Source of the DNA: a virus
Strand: one strand, 5' to 3'
DNA: 64,000 nucleotides
IMG/VR virus record: IMGVR_UViG_3300017917_000405
Span: 30,729 to 94,728 of that record
Shown here: piece after piece, positions 31,482 through 39,780 of the stretch
How the letters are laid out: every line of letters starts with the position of its first letter
Numbering within the stretch: the first letter of the stretch is position 1
Position numbers and translations under genes: made by a program
The notes under the pieces: generated by a model
Told to the model about the DNA's origin: nothing
Seen by the model: only the letters and a program-made list of their open reading frames with translations
Databases searched by the model: none

Positions 31482-31550
31482 GTTTATTCTAATCCTCGCC
31501 TGCTCTATTATCGGTGCTATCATTCTCGCCCTAGAACTCTAAGGAATAAA

Positions 31551-31655
31551 ATGAAAATTGATCTAGACTATGACGCGCAATGCTATTGCGTAGATTGCTG
31601 CCCCGAAGGGTGTTGCCCTTGTGAGGACTGTAATGAGCCTTGCGACTGTCCATAA
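31551..31655 (+). CDS. 34-aa Cys-rich metallothionein-like peptide
   Basis: MKIDLDYDAQCYCVDCCPEGCCPCEDCNEPCDCP; AAGGA RBS. Confidence 0.55.
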   Translation: MKIDLDYDAQCYCVDCCPEGCCPCEDCNEPCDCP

Positions 31656-31760
31656 CCTAATTCCATTCTATTGCGAACCCTGCCAGGAAATAGAGTTTTT
31701 CTGTGATACCTGCGGGGAAAACCTAATCGACTTGTCAGACCCCCATGCTAAGGTGAACCC

Positions 31761-32312
31761 ATGATTAAAGAAATTATCGCTGCCAATACTGTCACCCTCT
31801 ACACGGAACGCTTTCGCTTCCTCGCCCTTCAAGCCACTATGTCACAGATTGAGTCTGCTGCAACGTGGTACTATGACGCGCAGGAGGTTGCGGAGGACGT
31901 TGCGGAAAACTTAGGCGTATCGCTTGAGATCGGTGCTTCCATCGTTGCCGCATTCTCACCTCGTGAGCGTTGGGCAAGCAATGTTGCTAAGGCTCTCGCA
32001 TTCTCATTAGGCAAGCCCGTTGCAGGATTGCAGAATAACTACCGTATGGCAGAACGTTCGATGGAATTGGGCTTTGACGCGCTCAACGGACTAAAGACTA
32101 ATGCGTTCGCTCGTGCTATTGCAGGCGATAATGACGCGGTAGTTATTGACGTATGGATGTGCCGCGCTGCTGCTATTGGCACAGATTCACCTAACAAAAC
32201 ACAGTACAACGATCTGTCGCAAGCGGTTCGCAATGTTGCGGAAGAAATGGGAGTAACACCGCGCACCATGCAAGCACTAATTTGGATTATCATTAGAGGG
32301 AGTGCAAACTAA
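31761..32312 (+). CDS. Helix-hairpin-helix DNA glycosylase-like protein
   Basis: AAFSPRERW...GLKTNAF...VVIDVWMCRAA...MQALIW. Leaderless from the promoter at 31733. Confidence 0.55.
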   Translation: MIKEIIAANTVTLYTERFRFLALQATMSQIESAATWYYDAQEVAEDVAENLGVSLEIGASIVAAFSPRERWASNVAKALAFSLGKPVAGLQNNYRMAERSMELGFDALNGLKTNAFARAIAGDNDAVVIDVWMCRAAAIGTDSPNKTQYNDLSQAVRNVAEEMGVTPRTMQALIWIIIRGSAN

Positions 32313-32855
32313 TGCCTAAAGTAAAATTGCCCAGGGGAGAATGGGAAAGTATTCTCGTCACGTTAGAACTCGCACAACAACATAATATCGTTGCTTATTT
32401 AGATCCACTTATCAAAGAAATAGAAGATCAAGTCTACGCGCAGGAGTACTAAAAATGCTAGATGATATCGCCGTCATGTTCATCACCGTGTTCGGTGTAA
32501 TTATTTTATTTTTTTGGATTGCATCGCTAATTTTTTAGTGCGTTGCACTTGACAAATGCGATAAGCGGGGCCGGATCGGTTGTTACCTAACTGTTACGAA
32601 ACTAACTTGATTTTCACAGAAATTTTTGCTAGGCTTTAGCCATCAACCACTAGGAGGACTCATGGACCCGATTTTCGAATTCTCAGACGGCTTTGACGCT
32701 GTTGGCTGGTACACGGAGCAGTTGTCCAAGCGCGACCACGACGACTATGGCTGGGACTACATAGAAGAATACCCCTACTAGAAAGGGGCCGGACTTTTCT
32801 AAACCTCTTTTACGATAGTGCTTGACTTTCACAGGAATTATGGTAAGTTTGACTT

Positions 32856-33080
32856 ATGAGCGAATCTACTGAAACCATCGAAACCGCATATCAACTCAAT
32901 GCAAATGATAGGTGTGATAAGTGTCAAGCACAAGCATATTTCTGGGTGAATGGAGTAGCAGGGGATCTTCTTTTCTGCCGCCATCATTTCTTGGAAAATG
33001 AAGAAAAAATTCGTGCTTATGCCTTTGAAATTGTAGATGAATCTGATAAGATCAACGAAAGGTCTGAATCAAGTGCTTAG
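32856..33080 (+). CDS. Small zinc-binding protein
   Basis: DRCDKCQAQA...LLFCRHH. Confidence 0.65.
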   Translation: MSESTETIETAYQLNANDRCDKCQAQAYFWVNGVAGDLLFCRHHFLENEEKIRAYAFEIVDESDKINERSESSA

Positions 33081-33196
33081 GTCAAAGAAGAACGTTGGCA
33101 AGAACCACATGCGCTGCCCCTACGGTTGCTGCACAGGAATGAGCAAGAAGCAGGAAAAGCGTATCATCAAGCGCAAGGAAACGAGGGAGTGGAAGA

Positions 33197-33684
33197 ATGA
33201 CAACTGATTCATGTCACCCAATGTCATTGGAAGTAGGAGATCAAGTCCTAATAAATGGAGAGACATTTACTCTCATTGAGGTAGATGATGAGGTTGATCA
33301 TGGATACCGCCTCGTTTTGTCAGACCGCTATGATATGATCAAGTCGTTGATCTTAGGTGATGACCAATATGTAACCCTGGTAGTGGAGGCAGAATAATGT
33401 TCGATGATCTTCATATTCGTACTATCACAAAGGGTGAAGACACCTACATTCACGCCCTTGACTTTGCACAGCACCTTATCTATGTAGCAATGGATTTGCA
33501 GAATACCCTTCCTCCAACAGATGATAAAGATGTGAAGATGATGGACTATGCTGCTTTTGCTACCCTCCGCATGGTTGCCCAACTTATTCTTAGGGGAGAA
33601 GATGTGGAATACATGAGAAACAATCTTGAAACATATGAGGACTTTTTAGCCCTCGCAGATATTGACAATCCAGAAGATCTCTGA
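33197..33684 (+). CDS. Two hypothetical proteins (33197-33397, 33397-33684)
   Basis: Coupled ORFs with RBSs. Confidence 0.6.
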
Positions 33685-33717
33685 TAGACTCTCAACACCC
33701 TAAGGAAAGGAAACATC

Positions 33718-34227
33718 ATGGGGTTGGATATGTATCTCTATGCTCGTAAGTACATCAGCAAGTTTGACTACTCAACTACCTATGAGGATAGGAAGCCTAC
33801 TGAGGAGTTCAACAGTATTCTTTCATATGCCCCCGCAGGTATTGACAAGTATGGCGACTTTGGCGGTGCTTCTGTCAATATTACTGTCGCATACTGGCGC
33901 AAGGCCAATGCTATTCACCAATGGTTCGTAGACAATATCCAAGAAGGTATTGACGACTGCCGTGAGGCATATGTTACCCGTGAGCGACTGGTGGAGTTGC
34001 GAGATCTCGTTGCACAAGTTTGCCAGGTACTGCCTAATGGTGCTCGTGATGAACTCTATGCAGAGGAAGTCCTGCCACCACAAGAAGGATTCTTCTTTGG
34101 CTCATATGAGATTGACGACTGGTATTGGTCAGATCTTGACCATACCTTGGAAATACTCAACCACGTTCTTGCTATTATTCCTGAGGACGATTGGACTTGG
34201 AACTTCTACTACCAATCCTCTTGGTAA
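33718..34227 (+). CDS. Conserved phage hypothetical protein
   Basis: MGLDMYL...AYWRKANAIHQWFV...GFFFGS...YYQSSW, a widespread phage family. Confidence 0.75.
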   Translation: MGLDMYLYARKYISKFDYSTTYEDRKPTEEFNSILSYAPAGIDKYGDFGGASVNITVAYWRKANAIHQWFVDNIQEGIDDCREAYVTRERLVELRDLVAQVCQVLPNGARDELYAEEVLPPQEGFFFGSYEIDDWYWSDLDHTLEILNHVLAIIPEDDWTWNFYYQSSW

Positions 34228-34313
34228 CAGTTTCATAACGGTGGGGGTATATGACTTGACTCTGTGCCCCCACCCATGATAAGATCAAACCACAAACAAC
34301 GAAAGGAAATAAT

Positions 34314-34445
34314 ATGCCAGTCATCGGTTCAGAGTTCACTTCTCAGAAGTCCAAGCACACGGGTATCGTGGCAGAGGTCATTGAGAACAAGAATGGTTCC
34401 TACCGTGTTCGTTTTGAGGACGGACGTTGGACTACTGTTTCGTAG
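34314..34445 (+). CDS. Small SH3-like beta protein (43 aa)
   Basis: MPVIGSEFTSQKSKHTGIVAEVIENKNGSYRVRFEDGRWTTVS; GAAAGGA RBS. Confidence 0.6.
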   Translation: MPVIGSEFTSQKSKHTGIVAEVIENKNGSYRVRFEDGRWTTVS

Positions 34446-34476
34446 TCTGCTAAAATAAATAAAAAAATAGTGGCTT

Positions 34477-34685
34477 GGAATGGGTTGTAGTATAAGGCAG
34501 GAAGTACAGGATTTATCCAAGTGTGAGGTTCAAATCCCACCTACTCGTTCCCCGTGGTTCCTGGAAGGTATCTGTACAAATATCGAAGACTGTCGCCACG
34601 GTATCAAAGGGCAAAAGCGCAATAGGAATAATGCCCTCTCTAATCTGGGAGGGGCTGGCACGTCTTTACTGTCAGCCCTTTCCTC
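34477..34685 (+). ncRNA. Candidate structured RNA: anticodon-less tRNA-like domain followed by three hairpins
   Basis: Closing stem 34477-34487/34541-34551; D-like arm; T-arm GTGAG-TTCAAAT-CCCAC; anticodon arm reduced to GGAT-TT-ATCC. Confidence 0.5.
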
Positions 34686-34813
34686 ACGTCCGGCCCTTTT
34701 TACCCCTACTTTACGATAGATCAAAAAATCACAGGAATTTTTACCAAAATCTATTGACATTTGTCAGACCTAGGCTGTATTCTTGTCTTACAAATCAACG
34801 AAAGGAAATAAAT

Positions 34814-35809
34814 ATGTCGCACATGCTCGAAACCTATGGTGATATGGCTACCTTTGCCTCCCTCCGCGAACCCGCGTGGCATGGCCTGGGAACTGTCTTT
34901 GACCAAGAGGTGACGACGAGCGAAATGCTGTCGCTTGCACACCTTGATGGTTGGAACGTTCGCTTGGAAGATATCAACCTTCCTGGTCGTTCACATCGTG
35001 ATTACTTTGCGGTTGTTCGCACTAACCCGTTTGATGGTGGTGTGGATTCGCTTGGTGTTGTAGGCGAGCGTTACAAGGTTCTCCAGAACGAAGAACTGTT
35101 CCAGTTTGGTGACAACATTGGTGACGGTGCTCGCTGGGAGACTGCTGGTTCTATCAAGAATGGAACTGTTGTCTTTGGCTCCCTCGCCATTGACCGTGAA
35201 AGTGTTATTGACGCGAAGGGCGTGAATGACGTTATCCGTTCTTATCTTCTGGTTCATACCTCGCATGATGGTTCGCTTGCAATCCAGGCTTCCATCACTC
35301 CCGTTCGCGTTGTGTGCCAGAACACGCTGAACATGGCAGTTGGTCCTCGTGGCAAGGGTGCAAAGCAATCATTCCGTATCCGTCACACTCAGACTGTGCA
35401 GGGTAAGGTGCAGGCAGCGCGTGAGGCTCTTGGTCTTGCTCACACCTACCTTGATTCATTCGATGAAATGGCAAAGACTCTGTTTGAGCAAAAGGTAACT
35501 GATGAGAAGTTCTTTGATATCATCACGACTGCATACCCCAAGCCTGAGAAGGACGCAAAGGGTGCATTCACCAAGTGGGATAATAAGGTGCAGACCATCT
35601 CTGATATCTACAACTCTGATACCTGCGTTGGAATCCGTGGTACTGCATGGGGAACGCTGAACGCGATGACTGAGCGCATTGACTGGTTCCGCAATCCTCG
35701 TGGCGGTAATGCTGAAAGCGTTCTTGCTGCTGCTAGTGGCTTTGACGCTGCTACCAATGCAGAGAAGAATCGCCTTACCTCCATTGTGAAGGAACTGGCG
35801 TTCGCATAA
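34814..35809 (+). CDS. DUF932 family (phage/plasmid TIGR03299-like) protein
   Basis: REPAWHGLG...YKVLQNEE...WETAGSI...SHDGS...TPVRVVCQNTL...RHT...GTAWG. True start 34814 after GAAAGGA. Confidence 0.88.
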   Translation: MSHMLETYGDMATFASLREPAWHGLGTVFDQEVTTSEMLSLAHLDGWNVRLEDINLPGRSHRDYFAVVRTNPFDGGVDSLGVVGERYKVLQNEELFQFGDNIGDGARWETAGSIKNGTVVFGSLAIDRESVIDAKGVNDVIRSYLLVHTSHDGSLAIQASITPVRVVCQNTLNMAVGPRGKGAKQSFRIRHTQTVQGKVQAAREALGLAHTYLDSFDEMAKTLFEQKVTDEKFFDIITTAYPKPEKDAKGAFTKWDNKVQTISDIYNSDTCVGIRGTAWGTLNAMTERIDWFRNPRGGNAESVLAAASGFDAATNAEKNRLTSIVKELAFA

Positions 35810-35998
35810 TCAAACTATCCTGGGCATGATATAAAACTGCCTAGCCCTAGGGCTTGACAAATCAAAACTTTCGGGGCCGGACGGTCGGCCCAAACCTTTT
35901 ACGAATCTTTACGATATTTCACAGAAATCACAGAAAATCCTTGACAAGTGTCAGACCCTTCATGTAAGATATGGCTATAACAAACCCTAAGGAGAGAA

Positions 35999-36448
35999 AT
36001 GGATTCCTACACCCGTACCGCGCTTGATAACGCAGCACAAGCAATTGCAGACAAGTATCTTTCATCTGATGCCTATGATGAAGAGGTTTTGCGTAGCCGT
36101 TTACAAGACCTTGAGGCAGAAGCAGGATCATTGCGTAAGTTGCTCAATGAGGCCAATGCAAAACTTGACACCCTATCTGGTTGGGTTATGGAAGCAGCAG
36201 ATCAGGAGTATCTTTCTACTGATACCTTGCAGGAATTGGCAGACATTCTTGAGATTGACCTCCGCAAACTTGTGACTAAGACGTTCCAGGCTACCATCGA
36301 AATTTCATACTATCAGGTGCTTGGCAGGGAAGAGCCATCGTTTGAGGAATTTGACCTTGAGATTCGTGATGGCTACTGTGACAGCATTGACGAAGTAGAA
36401 GATTGGACTGTCATTACTAGTCATGAAGTAAATGATTCCCGATACTAA
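35999..36448 (+). CDS. Acidic coiled-coil hypothetical protein
   Basis: AAGGAG RBS downstream of the promoter at 35941-35970. Confidence 0.7.
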   Translation: MDSYTRTALDNAAQAIADKYLSSDAYDEEVLRSRLQDLEAEAGSLRKLLNEANAKLDTLSGWVMEAADQEYLSTDTLQELADILEIDLRKLVTKTFQATIEISYYQVLGREEPSFEEFDLEIRDGYCDSIDEVEDWTVITSHEVNDSRY

Positions 36449-36807
36449 TTGTTATCTTTTGTCTGTCCCGCCCTTGACTTCTAAGGGTGGGCAGACTAAG
36501 ATATGGTGTGTAACCCACAAGAAATGGAGTTGTAATGACTAAAGACGAAATGCTTGCTGAGTTTAGTGTTCATTCTTTTATTGCCCCGCAGGTTATCGTT
36601 ACCCGTAAGGCAGATGGTGTGATGGGTACACTTGACTTTACCCATGAACCTCGTATATACTCAAACTTCCAACCACTCTAAGGAGATACTAATGCACAAT
36701 GATCCGAGGGTAGAAGAATGGGCAAACTTTCTGGAATCTGCCCCATGGACAAACATGGAAGAACTCGCTACAATAATTGTTGCTGAACTTGATTCTTTGG
36801 AGGACTA

Positions 36808-37038
36808 ATGCAGTACCACTATGTTGTAATGTATGACACAGAATTTGATGAGTGGCGTGTAGATATGGACGCTACTGAGTATCTAGATGGAAACATCTTT
36901 GATCCTGATGCCGCGATTGGTAAAGGCTGGTCTTGGGCAGAGGAAGGTAGCCCCGAGGATTTGCTTGACGGAACCCTTATTCGACTGCTACAATCTGTCA
37001 TGGGAAGCATTCCTACCCCTCCCCGAATTGAGGCATGA
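36808..37038 (+). CDS. Hypothetical protein
   Basis: 76 aa acidic ORF with GGAGG RBS. Confidence 0.6.
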   Translation: MQYHYVVMYDTEFDEWRVDMDATEYLDGNIFDPDAAIGKGWSWAEEGSPEDLLDGTLIRLLQSVMGSIPTPPRIEA

Positions 37039-37079
37039 TGGTTTGACTTATGATATAATTATGTCGAAAGGACGTAACT

Positions 37080-37505
37080 ATGGATAAAAGTCAAACACAC
37101 AGATTTTGGGATCGTGTAAATAAAACTGAGGATTGTTGGCTATGGACGGGTAGCAAAACATCCGCTGGATATGGAAATGTCTATCTTGGATCAAATGAGA
37201 ATGGTAAATGGATTAGAATGTATGCTCATAGATATTCATTTGAGTTAGAGAATGGATATCTTCCAGATGTTGTAATGCATATGTGTGATAATCCTATTTG
37301 TGTCAGACCATCTCACCTTGCACCAGGAAACTGGGATACCAATAACAAAGATATGGTTTCCAAAGGTAGACACGGACACCAAAAACGTATAGAATGTAAA
37401 AATGGTCACCTCTACATAGATGGGAGTTATTACTTATATGGACGACGAAGATTGTGCAAGCAATGTATCACAGACAGAAAACGACGAACAACTAACCCTT
37501 CTTGA
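37080..37505 (+). CDS. HNH homing endonuclease
   Basis: CWLWTG...YAHRYSF...VMHMCDNPICVRPSHL...N and C-terminal CKNGH...CKQC. Confidence 0.9.
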   Translation: MDKSQTHRFWDRVNKTEDCWLWTGSKTSAGYGNVYLGSNENGKWIRMYAHRYSFELENGYLPDVVMHMCDNPICVRPSHLAPGNWDTNNKDMVSKGRHGHQKRIECKNGHLYIDGSYYLYGRRRLCKQCITDRKRRTTNPS

Positions 37506-37534
37506 CTACTCCGAATCGAAATGGCGGTACTACA

Positions 37535-38607
37535 ATGACTAAGTATCTTATCTCATGGACCGAGGAAATCTGGCAGAATGTTGTCATTGACGCAGACTCT
37601 GAGCAGGAAGCAATGGATAAGTTCTGGAGTGTGAACTTTGATACTGAATCTGTCAAAATTTTTGGTGGCGAGGTTCAGGAAGGCGTAGACGTTGAGGAGG
37701 TAGCAGATGACTACTGCAACACAAACTAATTCATATCAGGTAACATTTGTATTTGAGTATGCCACCATCTCTACTTATGTCTTTGCAATGCATGAGGACG
37801 CTGCTCCAGATCTTGCTGCGCTTTTTATTGCAGATGAACTGGGAATTGGTGTAGAATTGCTAGACCAAGCACAAGACATTTCTGTCGAACTAATAGATGA
37901 GGACGTACTGTGACCGTGCTAACCGCATATGAGATTGAGTCTGGGCATGGAGATTCCTACTGGGAGATCTATGATAACGACTACCCTCACAACCCTCCCG
38001 TGACCACGGTAGAGGGAGAAGATTTCGGTGATTATGTTGCCGAACTATTGACAAAGGAATATGTAGATGATATTCTTGTCAATACATATGAGTCCTGGCT
38101 AGACGAGCAAGGGCTTATGGATCATAACGAATATCTGTAATTATCTAGATAAAGGAGAAAGATATGGCAAGCAAGAGCAAGCGCACCTACTCATACTTGG
38201 AGTCGTGGGACACGCGATTTGGCAAGTCCGAGCGAGTGGTGATTCGTGATGAGAATGGTAAGTTTGTAGATAATGTCTCACTTACCGCACTAAAGAAGGC
38301 TCCTACCATCAAGCGGTAGTTCCTTAGGGTAGAGAGGGGGGCAGGCTTGACACCTGTCCCCCTTTCGTGTATGATCGGAGGCATGATGAACGAAGAACAG
38401 ATTGGCAAGAAGTTATGCGATATGTTTTCAGACGAACGTATCAGCCCTATTGGTATTGCACACTACACCTTTGAGCATATGGGGCTTGGTGCTGAAATGC
38501 GAGTGCGTGAATGGCTTGATGAACATGACACGTTTTGCAGGGTAGCAGCAGGTGACGCTTCCTCCATACAACTAGAGTTTGACTTTGATGATATCCCACC
38601 TTTCTGA
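37535..38607 (+). CDS. Run of small hypothetical ORFs (~37535-37729, 37707-37913, 37910-38140, 38164-38319, ~38383-38607)
   Basis: Coupled short, mostly acidic ORFs with RBSs. Confidence 0.6.
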
Positions 38608-39780
38608 TATCGTTTAAATAACAATGATGCCCCAGGACTTGCGCTCTGCAAGTTTCTGGGGCCGGACATAATCCTATAAAACATATTACGAACGACCTAA
38701 AAATATCACAGGAATTTTGGTATCGGTCACATTGCCTAAAATAGTATTACGAACGCATCAAAAAAATCACAGAAAGTTTTGTTATATTGTGTTATATATA
38801 GATATATATGTCAACGGCGGGTGAATGTTGATCCCCCTTACCTATAGAATATACATTACGAACAAAAGAAAAATATCATGGAAATCCCCCATTTTTTATC
38901 AAAATCTATATAGTTTCATGCATTTTGGGGCAATTTTAGGGCGTTTTCTGGCATATTTCTATAGGTTTTTCCTATGGGAAATTAGATAACGATATGATAA
39001 CGCTTTCACAATTACACAATATAACACAAAAAATAAGATGTATAGAATTCATATAATACTATCTTAGGGTTTATTCATAGGTTTTTCCTATATCAAGACG
39101 GTATAGGATATGTTTTATGTCAGAACATATGATGTTATTATTGTCTATACTTTCTTATATCTATAGGGGATATCTTTCTATAGGGAGTAATGTTCTTATC
39201 TGCTAACCCGCCGCCGAATTCTTCCTCTTCATCATCTTCAAATAACCATTCCCATGGATCTAATGGTTCACCCGTGTTCCAGTCATATGTGATAAAGAAG
39301 TCCATTGTTCCTCCTGCGATTTGGGAGAATTCCCTACTCCTAGTATATATTGCGAACGCTATTAATTGCGTCCAGAATTGCCAGATATGCGACCGTATTT
39401 CCTTGCCCCTTTTGGGCATGGGCGAGCCAGTCTAGTTCGCTCAAAACGCGCTCCCTATACATATTGGTAGTATTTTCTAACTCCATATTACAGTTCCAGC
39501 ACTTAGTCATTTTGCTTCCCATCTCACAAAGGCATACGGTAGTGGCTCATAAAGAATGTAGTTCTTTACTGAGATAACCTCAACTCCTGTGTGATTATAT
39601 TTTTGATCAATCATTCTTATCACCGCTTTTCCCATGTCACAGCACCACAATTACAATCCCAATCACCATTACAGCAAGGACAAAAAGCATTGCAGTCCTT
39701 TAAATGATTCTTCCATATGCTTTTGGTCCAACCACTTGCATAGGTAAATGTTTCTTTTGGTTTCTTATTCTTTACGAAAC

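Larger units (their letters stand above)
29797..35970 (+). promoter_or_regulatory. Seven TGTCAG-N10-TANNNT promoters (PafBC/RecA-NDp type)
   Basis: Start positions 29797, 29907, 31024, 31733, 33318, 34762, 35949; spacer exactly 10 nt in all seven. Confidence 0.8.
28902..38884 (+). repeat. Dispersed oriented bipartite motif TTACGA-N12-14-TCA(C/T)RG/AA, 12 copies
   Basis: TTACGA at 28902, 28951, 29689, 30883, 32594, 32810, 34711, 35899, 35909, 38686, 38747, 38856. Confidence 0.85.

Noticed and set aside
34477-34551. Functional tRNA gene
   Set aside because: No 7-nt anticodon loop; kept only as a tRNA-like candidate
34523-34813. 97-codon N-terminal extension of the DUF932 ORF in the track
   Set aside because: It spans hairpins, the repeat module and a promoter; the RBS-supported start is at 34814
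28786-38884. CRISPR array interpretation of the repeats
   Set aside because: Repeats are short, degenerate and either tandem without spacers or kilobases apart; no cas genes in the window
30530-39140. Other TGTCAG occurrences (near 30531, 37302, 39118) as PafBC-type promoters
   Set aside because: No TANNNT at the 10-nt spacing
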